A stretch of DNA of 64,000 nt from Callorhinchus milii. Taxonomy: Eukaryota. Under the pieces are notes generated by a model. That model had not been told where the DNA came from. It was given only the letters and a program-made list of their open reading frames with translations, and ran no database searches. A program made the translations under genes and the position numbers. Every line of letters begins with the position of its first letter. The first letter of the stretch is position 1. The stretch is from NCBI RefSeq assembly GCF_018977255.1, contig NW_024704743.1, positions 26,972,001 to 27,036,000 on the forward strand, written 5' to 3'. Below, one piece after another: positions 51,711 through 64,000 of the stretch.

Positions 51711-51780
51711 TATATTATATTATATTATATTATATTATATTATATTATATTATATTATATTATATTATATTATATTATAT
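51711..51780. repeat. (TATAT)14 microsatellite inside a minus-strand Deu-SINE
   Basis: Perfect pentamer run, flanked by the SINE tail (~51680-51708) and the SINE core/head (~51785-52070). Confidence 0.95.
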
Positions 51781-54099
51781 TAAAGTAAATGGCCAATTTT
51801 TCTATAGGGTTGTTCGCGAGGACACAAGAGAAACTACTTTCTCTTTTTAATTTGTGTAACTGGATCTTTGACGTCCATTTGAAGAACAGAGACCTGGGAC
51901 CTCATTTTACCACTTCATCTAAAGGATGGCATTTCTATCAATGCAGCGCTCCCCTAGTGCAGCATTGTATTGTCAGCCTGGACAATGAGGTCAAATCTTG
52001 ACATGGGGCTTTATACGCTCAACCTTCTGATGTAGTGGCAAGAGTGCTACTAAATGAACCAAGTTGACAAGCTAAGCTGATATTACAGTGTCATGCTCAT
52101 TCTATTCAGAAATTCTCACTGTATCATAGAATAACATTACAAACTCTAACATGGTTTATCCAGGGCAGTACCATTTGCAATTGCAACATATTTTGTGATT
52201 GAGACAGATTAATTGCGTATTCATTTGAATTGTTAACTTTGAGCCGAGGTGGAAGAGAATAAGCCATCACTACAGTAAAAATGGGGTGATTTTCCAATTG
52301 CCGGTAAATTCCCTCAGCTGGTGGGCAAGAACACACATGCTCCGCAGCTTCATAGATTTATGGACTTTGGACCTGTAAATCCACAATGTCACAATGCCAA
52401 TTGGAGACCAGCAAGTTCCTCACAAGTAAAGAGAGAAAAAAATCCACTCTATTAATAATTCTATCAAACTGAGACCAGGCTGAATTAAATAATTTTACAC
52501 AGCTCTAAGCAATATTACATTTTACAGAATAAGACTGGGGAATTTCAGGCTTCGTAATTTAGACTTGTAAATGTTAAAATCTCTCTGTGTCACAGTAAAT
52601 GCCACAGACAGAAAGCAGTGTGCTGATATAGTATCTCTCAGGGCCTGTAAGATTAGATGGTAATGTTAGTGACCTCAAATAATAGATATAAATCTGCAAA
52701 GTAGTGCATGTTTGTATATTTTAACTTGGACAAGAGTATATAATCTTCCTCAGCCCTCACCTCCTCACATCACCCTCAACCTCTGGTTCACTTTTAGCAT
52801 TGTGAAGTGCTTTGAATCATCCTCCTGGTGTGGATGGAACGACATAAATATAAATTGTTGTTGTATAAGGTGCATTCGGTTATGGTCAACGATCTTGTGT
52901 GATATTTGCTTGGTTTCATAATGATGGTGTGGTTGATGCTCACAGATTCAATGTGGAGCACAAAGTGAATTATATGATCCAATGGGGGCTAACATGTGGT
53001 TTCCAAATACACTGACCCTTTATTTATTGTGAACTCAGTCTCGGCTGATGACTTCCTTTCAGCTCCCCCCCCCACTCTCACTTCAGCAAGATGGTTGGGC
53101 TGGAAGTCACCACCAACCATAAATTAAGGTGATAAAGTCATAACAATAAGAATTAATAATAATAATCCTTACATTTGCTGCATCTTCTTTCATGTCGGGG
53201 GGATATCCCAAAGTGCTACATAGAATTTATTGGGAAGTGTAGTGATTGTGTACTTTAGGTGTTTGTGGTGGCCCAATTGAGCACCGCAATGTCCCACAAA
53301 GAGCCTTCATGTGCTGAAGGTGGTCAGCAGCTAGGTGTCCAACCATTGACGGGATTCACACCCACACAGAAGAGAGTCAATAATTCGAGACTTGCCTTGA
53401 CCACAATTTCCAACATCAATTTTATATTTCCCCTTATATTTCAGGGCAAGGTATCAGAGAGTGAATAACACTTGTCAATCAATACTCCAGCAACCATCAA
53501 GGCCTTCAGCAGTGAAATAATCTGACACTCTACCCCATGTAAAAGGTGCTACAATAAATGCAAGTTGCTGCATTTCAATAAAGTGCAATAATGAGAGGAA
53601 GAACAAAAGGGGGAGAGAAAAACACGTTTAAAAAAAGATTGTCTCAGGCAACATTTAAAGGAATTGTGAATGCAAAGCAATATAAATGCTAATGTATTAT
53701 GGGTCTGAAGCCTTGATATAGATTTTGTCACTACATTTGTTTATGTATATTGTGGGCTTTTTTAATTTCGAAAAGTAAAAGTTTGAAAGCCTCATAATTA
53801 TGTCAGATTGGAGTGATGAATTGCACATTAGACTGATAAATTATTCATTTCCATCAGGACCTGTAATTGACTGCCTGATCACTTGTATTGATATCATATA
53901 GTCAGCAACACTCACAGGCAAGTTCCTTATGATATATACAGACAAACAGAGCTATGAGGCTCAGTGGCTCCACACTTGTATATAGAGACTTTTTAGATTT
54001 GTGTTGAGGGGCAGGGAGAGAGGGGTTGGGGCGGGGGAGGACAACAGGGTACGAATTTCAGATGGGCTAAAAGGACTTCTTCATCCAAACCAATCTTGA

Positions 54100-54868
54100 A
54101 TCACCCGCATCCTATTCTGCAACCTCCTTCAACCCTCCCGTCCCAGGCGCTCCCTTCACTCAGTGAGCACCATTCTGCTTCATATCCCTGCCTTATTTGC
54201 CCACAATTGGTTATTCAGGATTTCGGTCATGCTGGCTCCCTTTCCTAACTCTCTGGAACACCCCAACTCACTTTCTCCCTCCCACTCGATGCAGCCGAAA
54301 CCTCCGGCTTCTTCACCTCCCATCTCAATTATTCCAATGCCCTCTTCGCCGGTCTCACCAGCTCCACTATCCAAAAACTCCAACCAATTCAGAACTCTGC
54401 TGGCAGTATACTCACCCTCTCTGAACTCCGTATCAGCATCACATCAGTCCTCGCCAGGCTCCACTGCCTCCTGTCACAGAACGGATCGACTTCAAAATCC
54501 TCACAACCATCTACAAATCCCTTCATGCCCTGACACCCACCTACCTTTTCAACCTTCTTATTCCCCACTCCACCCCCCGTCTCCACTCGACTGGCTCAGA
54601 TTTCCTGCTTGTCCCTTGTCCACTTCGTTCCACCATCAGCAGCTGTTCTTTCAGCCATTATATCTCAAAACATTGGAACTCTTTCCCTCAGTTCTTCTGC
54701 CTTGCCCCCTCCTCCCTCTTTTTTAGTTCACGCCTGAAGATCTTCCTCTTCAACCATGCTTACAGCCACCTCCTCTCTCCACTGGCACGGCATCAGGCTC
54801 CGCCACTGTTAGCACTCATAGACACTACCCCGTATGAAGTGAGCTATTTAAATGCAAGTTGCTGTTGG
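54100..54868 (+). mobile_element. L2 LINE 3' fragment (type B tail)
   Basis: Frameshifted L2 C-terminus (cagaactctgctg, ctccactgcctcc, gacttcaaaatcctc); tail gacactaccccgtatgaag...aaatgcaagttgctgtt. Confidence 0.85.
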
Positions 54869-55119
54869 TTGAAGTCCATCTCAAGACCTGTCACTTTGAC
54901 TGTGGAACCCTTTTCCCACCCCCGGCTCAGGTACCCAGCCAATGGCGTCAGGCGCTTTCAGACAGCGTTCCAACTTGAAAAGTGTAATATAAATGTAAAT
55001 TGTAGTGTATTGTATGGAAAACTAGTTCAAATGTAAGAATTCAAATGAATTCAATGGTTTGTCAAATACTAGACATTGAAATGATAAGAAAATGGAAATA
55101 ATTCCTGGTAAGTTTATAT

Positions 55120-55250
55120 TCACTTTCCAGCGGTGGTCGGAACCAGGCACCCGCATTGTAATTTTTCCTTCCCTACTCCAGGGGTGCTGAGGGCAATAGC
55201 AAACAAAGCACTGCACAGGCTGAGATCAGCTAGGTCAGCATAGGCGGGCA
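55120..55250 (-). mobile_element. Fragment of an ancient tRNA-type SINE distinct from the other families here
   Basis: The reverse complement tgctgacctagctgatctcagcc...ccctcagcacccctggagtagggaaggaaaaat...gctggaaagtg resembles a remembered ancient vertebrate SINE core; family name uncertain. Confidence 0.5.
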
Positions 55251-58249
55251 TATCCAAGAACTCTTCAACATTTTTTACTAATTTGCAAGTTCTTTGGAAA
55301 AGGTCATGGTATGAGCTCCATTTATGCTGCAGCTGATGACATTGATTCCATTTTGAATACTCCTCCCGTTGTTGATCTCCAGAGCAAGTCTGGTAATGGA
55401 ATCGATGCCCTGAAAGCTGATTGATAGTGAGTACATTTACAATCAACTAAATACCCAAATTACATTAAGGCAATGTTAAAAGCTAGTCAAGGCAATTGCA
55501 CAGGCATCGCAAGCTTTCTCTTGCATTGTTTATCAACACATATATAATACCATGAATCTTGTGACTTATTGCTAAGATCCACACCAAAAATAACAATGGG
55601 TTGTAAAATTTTTCACACAAAGTCATGTGATATCATTCAGATTTAACTTTGCAATAGTGTTATACGGTATTAACTTTGAAAATTATTTAGCCTTTCCACA
55701 ATCCTTCAGCGATGCATTGAAGGGAGGGGATTGCAAAAGCAGCAGATCGCGCTGCATTCAGTGACTTACAATCCCTAATGGGAATATTGCTAATAATTGA
55801 CCGACTGGCGGAATCCTTGTGATCTGCTTTTAGAGTGGGGAACCCACGAGATAGCTGTGACACACTGCCAGTTACTGGTAGGATTCCCCATTACAAACCC
55901 TGAGTTGCTATTCGTAAATCGTGTTGTAAGACAGCTCTTTGTGGGTTTCTGAGCACCTACCTGGCCTCAAGAACCTGTAGTCTGATACCTGACAGCGGTA
56001 CACATTACTCCAAGATACTGTTAAGGACAGACCAGCCAGCCTGGTTCATCAGCCTTGTAGTATTACTCACTGCAAATTGGAATTTTTCCCACTTGGTTTC
56101 TTTTTGGTTTTTGGTCATCTTTCCCCCATCGTCCTTTCCCCCCTCCACCCTTCTTGTCCCCAGCCCATCTAACCCCCAACTCGGGTGCAAGCCCTCAACT
56201 GTCCAGCACCTTGGGACATCCTTCTGACATGAAAAATGTTATACAAGTGTGACTTTGTTTGGTTGTTTTTGTTGTTCTAATCCTCTAAATCAAAACCCTA
56301 ATGGATAGGGAGATCCTAGTTAGACAATCAGCAGGTAGTTTGCAAGATAATGTTCGCGATGGCAAATTGTGTCATTTCAGCAGGTAAAACTCCCAATAGT
56401 CTCCTGATGCACAATCTGAGGTCCCCAAACCATTGCTCTTGCTAACCTGCACTTGGTACATTCTGAGTGTAGGTGAGCAGAGCACATTCCTTCAGAGAGA
56501 TAGTGCACACACCATTCCAGATAAACAGGAATTTCCATGTGTATGTGGAATTCTTAAAGTCTGTCAATGGGTTTCCATGTGTGTCAGGCAATACAATTTC
56601 CATTTATGTACACCTTTCACATCAAGAGATCGGCTCAAAACGCTTAAAGACACAAATAATCCAAAATAAATGTTTGCCCCAGTAGCATTATCATGGGACA
56701 GATACCTGAATCAGTATGGCTTTTGTATGCATTCCAATCACTGGAACAGAGAAAAGAAAAATGGACAGGATCAGAAAAGACCATTGGGGTTCATCCACCA
56801 ATGTTCAAAGAATAATATAAAATAGTTTGTAATTCTTCATATACATTGTTCAACCTCTCTGAATATAATGATATACATAAGAGGAAATCATGCATTGAAT
56901 CCTTTCATTTAATTGAGCACCTTTGATGTCAGGAATATATCCCAAAGTGCTTTACGGGATTTTATTTTAAACTGTAATGATTCTATATTTTGTAGATGAA
57001 CACAGCAGCTAATTTGTACACACCAATGCCCCACAAAATAGCCATGAAGTGAATGATCAACTTAATTCAGGGGATTGTTGGCCTTGACACGCTCTTGGAC
57101 ACTACCCCTCATGAAGGACGCTATATAAATGCAAGTTGTTGTTGTTGTAAATGCCAGGAGAAACTTCTTTCTCTTTTCAAATAGTTGTCACCGGAACTTT
57201 AAAGTACACCTGAACTAATGTTTAATGCATTACCCAAATGATGGCACTGTCAACAATGCAGCAAATCCTCAACACCTTAAAGTCCAATCAACTGAAGTAG
57301 GCTGACACCTAAGACAAGCTCAAAGGTTGCTAAACTAAGGTTTGCTTTTGCACTATTACTTCACTGCATCTTCATCTGTCCACCTGTGAAGAAGTTATTT
57401 TATCACTCCACCACTATAAGCCTTTAAATAGATATGTTCATGATTTTAAAGGTTAATATAACACAATTATATGCTAAATTCAGAGTTGCTGTGACATAGC
57501 TGCCTGTGAAAGATATTGCATCCCATTGTTAGCACAGGTGGGAGTCACAGCAATGACAAGCTATTGAAACCCAGGCTGTCATCCAATTTACTCCATATGG
57601 TATATATGTAAGCAACATGCTCAAAGCCTGACAAGCCTTGAAATGTTTGTGAACTACATCACCAAGGGCCTTCAGTACATGAGGAGAATTAAAAGCTGGA
57701 TATTAATTTAAATCAATTGACCAAATGAATCCAGATTGAAGGTGAAAGTAACCAACGAAACACAACAGGAAGATTCTGCTGTGCGATTAGTGCCACTTAA
57801 TACAATTGGAATTCCATTAAGTGGAGATTCATTTGAAAGAAACGTTTTCAAGAACTGAAGATCATTTGAAAGATTTTGCGAAAAATGTTGATTAATTTAA
57901 TTGTCAAGCATGCAAATATTTATTGCTGCTCTACTCCCTCTTTCAACATATTATTTTTCTGCAACGATGAATTCTAAAACTACAAATAGTGGTATGTTAT
58001 GTAAAATAATATTAAAAATACAGTGGAAACTGTTTTGCTCGGCTTGGGACCCCTCCTCCCAACGTGAAAGGCACTCTATAAATGGAATCTTGTTGTTGTT
58101 GTTGTTATTTTTGCAGCATTTTGCCCAGATTAACTGGATTTTTGTCCGAATCAAACACCCTATTTAAAATAGGTAAGAATACTAATGAATCGGGATGTTG
58201 TTCGATTTACCCGATGTCCAGGGTTAATCCGCCTAAAGCGGATTCCACA

Positions 58250-58712
58250 GTAATCCATACATTTGATAGAGTACCTTACCACGTCTTTGGAATGTCTCAA
58301 AGCATTTCACAGTATTTACTTTAAAGTGTAGTGACTACTTGTAGGCCAATGTGGCACCCAATTTTTACACACAGCAATGTCCCACAAACAGCAATGAAGG
58401 GAGTGACCAATTTTATCTGGGGGATTGTTGGCCAGAGTGCTGGAGAAACTCTCTTCTCTTTTCAGATAATCCCATGGGATCTTTAACTTTCACCTGAACA
58501 GGCAGACATGCCCCTGAGTTAAACATCTTATCCAAAGCGTGGCAATGTGCATGGCACCACCAATAATGCATTGCTCCTCAGCACTATATTGGAGTGTCAC
58601 AATTATATGCTAAATTCAGTTAAATGGTGAGTTCAAAGTCCTGAGATGGGACTTGAACCCTCAACCTTCTAACTCAAAGGTAAGAGTGCTACCAACTGAA
58701 CCAGACTGATAT
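58250..58712 (-). mobile_element. Old Deu-domain SINE, near full length
   Basis: Reverse-complement tail, Deu core (cccatgggatctttaac...cacctgaacaggcagac) and head (gacttgaaccc...agagtgctaccaactga). Confidence 0.85.
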
Positions 58713-61701
58713 ATTACTAAATTAAAATGCTTTCAGTTAATAATGGTTTAATCTAGAATATTATAGCAAGCACTAAGACCTCAGGGCAGAAATGAATGTG
58801 GGGTGGAGCCCATGCCTTCTTAAGGAGCTTCCAACTCCCCATCTCTCTCTTGGTGCTGGGGCTGGAGTGAGAAGGGTGGTCTGACCCAAGACCCTCCAAT
58901 AGTTCAAATGCATCTGAGCGTGTGTGCTCAACCTCTGCCAAGTCCCACACCAGTCACAGTGGCCCCTTGTGGCCCAGGAGACCTATGCCTAGCTTGCCAC
59001 TCTGGAAAATTCATCCAAGCTCTTTTCCTTTGGAGTGATGCGTTGTCAGAAGTTTACTGCCCTGCTATAATAGCATCCATAAATGTTTTTTGTTTCTTTG
59101 GTTAAAAAGCCACATTATCATTAAGCAGCTGTCACGGACATCAAGATTAAGAACATTGCTGGGTGGATTTACCTCCAACACGCTGGATAAATTTCTAAAT
59201 GGTACATTTCAAATTTCTAAATTAAAACCATTTTTCTGAATCCTTTATCTTGAGAGTACAACTTGTGTTCCAACCTATACTCAACCTGCAAACAGGAGGA
59301 ACCATTTATTCTAGTGATTGGCACACAATTGTAACAATTTTGAAAATTCCTGAAGGCGGCATATTTTTTCACACATAAACGGGGTGAGATAGAACTCCTA
59401 CGGATAATCATAGGTCAATTGTCAGAGCAGAGTGAGCGGTGAGCCAACAGTTCAGCTATCAATGTGCTGTTGTTGTACAGTGGGTATTTTTTTAAATAAA
59501 TAGGCACAGGAGACTTTTAGCAGGAAATTCCACATGCACCTAGTGCAGTAATTTGATAAGGTACACTGATATAGGACTAATGCACATGAACAATTTCTCA
59601 CCCTATTATTTATAAATTAACTGGATTTTAAGTGCAAGGTTTATTTGCAACATATATATTACAGCGTACATGTGGTTCAAATCTTTTTTGTGTCACTTTG
59701 TCAGATTAGTGGGATACATGCCTTCCTCTGATTTGTTTTGCTAAACTGGTATCTTATTAACAACAACTTGCATTTCTGTAGCACTCTTCACATGGGTAGG
59801 GTCTTGGAGTGTTTAAACTGGCTATTCAACGCTGCAGGCAAGGACATAAGATGCTGGCTTATTGGCCTGATAACTTGAAATAGTGTGTGAAGGACCAATA
59901 GATGTGTTACTTATTATAAAGTCACTAATTCAATGCATGTGTGAGCTCCATTTGTATTAATAAATTATAAGTTGTCATTTTCAACCCAAGTTATGAGATT
60001 CTGCTTAAAAAAACAACTTAACATTCTATGCTACAGTTTGCATTGATCGTGTAAAAGTTAATCATATGTAATCCATGTGGTGGCCAGTGTTACATTATGT
60101 AGCACATAAATTCAGATAAGGTGCATTATCCACTGTACTCTAAATTTCAGAACTTTTTGTAAACACATATATTTCCAATTCCTATCTGCAGCAGTTCTTG
60201 TTTTAAATAAAATTCCCTATATGAGAACATTAATTTTATTATAAATCTTAATGAATCATACCATGAATTGCCTTTGTTAAATCTTCAGCTGAAAACCCTA
60301 TTGTAATCTTGGGTGAGGAGGAAGATAGAGAGGAAGACTTCATATATGACTGCAACGTATCTGTGACATAAGTATTCATGCAACAGAGTGGGAGGTATAA
60401 AACCCCGGTTCAAATGATCCCTCATAGTTTTAATGCTTAAGATACTAGAAAATGTCAGCTTGGTGTATGTCAGTCATATTTGCCTTTTTTATAATTGGAT
60501 TAATTGTAGTTTTACCCATTGTGCCTCAACATCTGGTGGGTGGGTGAACTCAACACAGAACATGTGGATTCTTGCTGGTAATCGTTAAGGTAAAATTACT
60601 GTCAGCAGAAGTTTTCCTTTAAATGGCAATGTTACTACACACTGGAGAATTTGTACAATTGCGTATCCCACTATTGACACGGGAAGTTTCACGTGACATA
60701 CATGGAACTCACTCTGATTTGGATACTCATTAGAACATTTTTTTATCTGCAGTAAATACAATAATTCTGAGAATGTAAATATAATAGCACAAAATAAACC
60801 ATCCAGAAAGTGAAGGAAAATCAATCATTACAAAGAAAAAGGAGACAGGTCAAATAACAAGTCTGTAAAGAGCGAGGGAAGTGAAACAAATCTATATGTC
60901 TGGTTGCTGAGAAAGAATGTTAGATAAGAACGATCATTCTTCATTTTTACACAGTAGAAGAAAAATAACAACAACCGACATTTATATAGTGCCCTTCACT
61001 TAGGATAAGATCTTTGAGCACTCAGATATAGGAAGGAGGAATAGGATTTAAGATGGTTGAGTTACAAATCCAAAGCTGGAAGAGAAGAATGTTCAGGGAG
61101 AAAGATCAGTTGTTTCTGAAACAAACTTGTCTTGTGCTGAAGATCTCTGATGATTTATTAGAAAAAAGGTGTCTTAATCAGAGGAGTTTGCTCTTTGACT
61201 GCTGCTGGATTTGTAAGCAGCCAAAGTCAATTTTANTTTTAATGCTGAGCAAATAGCAATGATAAAATGCATGCAATCAATAAGGTTGCGTTACAAAGGG
61301 AAAACAGTAGTTAGATGGGAACATTCATATTATAAAATAAAACATACGTTTCCTCTCATCTAATATTTAAATAGGAAAACTCACAGACATAAACTGGAAT
61401 AATTCCTATGTTTCACAACTTTTTTTTAGTTTACATTATTGAATTGGCCAATGGTTATTTTCATTGCAAAATATCAGCGTGTGAAATGTGCTCCAGCAGC
61501 CTTAATGCTAGCAAAAACATCTGTGACATAAACAGTGTTTTCTCTGGGGAATCTGTTGCATCACATGCAAGAGATTCCCCAGAGATTTTAATTTGAATCT
61601 GATATATCATAACTGAAATATTGGTACTGTGTGTAGAGGGAACAATATTTACATTGCAGTTGCTTTTCCAGGAACCACACAGTGGTTATGCTGCTAGAAG
61701 A

Positions 61702-61846
61702 AAAACACAAGTCACTGAGAAGTCGCTGAGAACACTCAGCAGGTCAGGCAGCATCTGTGGAGAAAGGAAGGAGAGTTAACATTTCATGTTGATGACCTTT
61801 TGTCAGGTTTTATTTCAGATTTCCAGCATCTGCATTATTTTGCCTG
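61702..61846. mobile_element. Short Penelope-like non-autonomous insertion with a 14-bp target-site duplication
   Basis: Perfect flanking direct repeat atgctgctagaaga (61688-61701, 61847-61860). Body actcagcaggtcaggcagcatctgtggag...ttttatttcagatttccagcatctgc resembles a remembered abundant shark repeat; the Penelope assignment is from memory. Confidence 0.7.
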
Positions 61847-63149
61847 ATGCTGCTAGAAGATTTGTTTTTAGATGTCATTGGTCATTTAGCGTTAACTTAG
61901 AGAAGAGCAAAGTCCGAGTTAAAATAAAAAGCATTCAAATATTAAACTTTGAATTTGAGTTTACTGCAACAGAAATCAGGCTTTCTATTGTATTCTATTC
62001 TATCAAGCTCCTATTGGGATTTGGAACTCATATAGATTATGCTGACACTATATTATTTCAACTGTGAGGATTGTTATTACAATTCAATGAAATCCCTCTT
62101 AAAATTCAACATTTTAGTTCATGATTTAAATTCACTATAAAAGTTAATTGTCATTTAAGACTAAATTCTTTATCTTTCATTGCTTACCATAAGCAGTTAA
62201 TCAAATCGCTACATAAAAAGTACTTCATCCTGACATGAAAGGCGCCATACAAATGTAATTTGTTGTTCATGGTTGCAGATCCAGGTGGATAATCTCAATG
62301 TATAAATTCAGTATAAGGTTTGTTTTTCTTGCAACAATAAAGACTCATCAGAAATATTTCAGCTTCCACTTCTTGTTCATCACCTTTTTATCAGATTGAT
62401 AAATAACCAGTTTACCTTCCAATTAGTGGGTGGATTGGTGGAAACAAAACTCCCATGTAATTTTCACTGTCAAATTTCAGAATTAATGCCTGGCAGTACT
62501 TAATCCAAGTAACACCTTGAAACTGAGCCTTGTAGTTGTTTAGAGCACAAAAGCCCTGGAGAACTAATAATGGGGTAGCAAGAAGCAAACCCACAGTCTT
62601 TCCATTGCTTATTGTGTACTCCTACTATCATGGTTCACCAAGTAATGGTTCACACTCCAATTGAACTCTAACATATCAAGAACAGAATAAGAAGCAATGA
62701 GATAATCTGGCAGAGAGCTCCTCGCACAGGACAAGCAATGTGGGCTCTTATCACTCACAATGAGATTAATGCAGAGTGCTCAGGTGCAGCTAAATTTGAA
62801 TCATTCCTGTTCTACGAGAATCTTGCTCTTTAATCTAACATTCCAGCTCTGTTCTAAGAATCTCTTTAGTTTATAATATTTTAATTCCCATATTTTAATT
62901 CTATTTATCTTTAATTATTTATTTGCTCCATCTGTAAAAAGAAAGACTTTTTTATTTAAGTAGCAAAAGCCTGTGTGGGATAGTAATATTTTCATGTTTT
63001 GTTTGGTCAGCCAGGTGTCTGACATGTGGAAACTCATCACCTACATGTATGTAAAGTGTGTAAACAAGACTGAGAGTTTCACACTAGAAAAATGTGGTCA
63101 CTTAATCTATGCCATTTGTAGGACATTGATGTGCGATTTGGAAAGTTGC

Positions 63150-64000
63150 GACACTATTCATATCACTACCAGCATTGTTGCCAAACGACTGTGCAAACTT
63201 AAGGTAAATAAATCTCAGGGGTTGGGTAAATTACATCTGAGGATCCTTAAGGAAATAAGGGAGAAAGTCGCAGAAATCTGGCACAAATCTTTCAAAAATC
63301 ACTTTCAAAAATTTCTTAAGAAAGGTAACAAAAGTGACCCAGGAAACTACAGACCAGTAAGTTTGACGTCCATTGTGGGTAACGTTTTGGAGGCTCTGAT
63401 TAAGGATAAAATCACAGAGCACCTGGACAGAAATAAAATAATAAATGATAGCCAATATAGGTTCATGAAGGAGAGGTCTTGCCAATCTAATTTACTGGTT
63501 TTCTTTGACGGTGTGACAAGGGAGCTTGATAAAGGTAAGGTTGTGGATGTTGTATATTTGGATTTCAGGAAGGCCTTCGATACAGTTCCTCCTGAAAGGT
63601 TGGTAATGATAGTAAAGAAAGCGGGAATCAGTGGAGATATATTACAATGCATACGTAACTATTTGACCAGAAGAACCCAAAGAGTGGTGGTATATGAAAT
63701 GTTACCAGACTGGGAAAATATTACCATTGGAGTTCCACAAGTGTCTGTTTTATGACATCTTTTATTTAATACTTTTATAAATGATCTGGAACTAGGAGTC
63801 GCAAACACAATGGCCAAGTTTGCAGTTGACACCAAGCTAATGAAGGTGGTAGATTGCAAAGCTGAACAAGATAGGTTACAGAAGGAATTGAACACACTAG
63901 GGAATTGAGCAGATTGGTGGCAGATGAAATTCAAAGTGAAGAAATGTAAAGTACTTCGCAATGGGCCAAAAAAATTCCAGGAAGGGACTATTTTTGAACG
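63150..64000 (+). pseudogene. CR1 LINE ORF2 reverse transcriptase fragment (runs off the window)
   Basis: KKGNKSDPGNYRPVSLTSIVG, VDVVYLDFRKAFDTVP, GVPQVSVL*, then FINDL and KFAVDTKL (decayed FADD). Confidence 0.93.

Noticed and set aside
62973..63755. 260-aa ORF as a host gene or active RT
   Set aside because: It is a CR1 RT fragment with a stop after GVPQVSVL and a mutated catalytic motif (FAVD); the N-terminal part is flank read-through.
1..64000. CRISPR array, operon or other prokaryotic system
   Set aside because: There is no regularly spaced repeat-spacer array and no gene-dense coding; the sequence is vertebrate repeat-rich DNA.

Overview
This is eukaryotic, vertebrate-type non-coding DNA (a long intron or intergenic region). 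It is AT-rich and dense in retroelements. The repeat mix is tRNA-headed SINEs with (TTA)n tails, Deu-domain SINEs, L2 LINEs with (TTG)n tails, CR1 LINEs and a Penelope-like short repeat. This resembles a cartilaginous fish genome, possibly a holocephalan; that assignment is inferred from remembered repeat consensus sequences and is not verified. I could not identify an intact host protein-coding gene, RNA gene or CRISPR array. The supplied ORFs are either spurious or fragments of LINE ORF2. Less obvious features read from the sequence are: a ~800-bp solo LTR, a heavily decayed Ty3/gypsy protease-RT fossil, a Harbinger-type Myb/SANT gene relic in a frame missing from the ORF track, an unclassified 410-bp CpG-rich insertion with ETS/YY1 motifs, a triple-hairpin templated-insertion scar, a young SINE subfamily whose 3' stem-loop core matches the L2 tail, and a few microexon candidates. 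I found no convincing novel multi-gene system. Repeat boundaries are approximate (about 10-30 bp) unless a target-site duplication (TSD) or terminal inverted repeat (TIR) is quoted.
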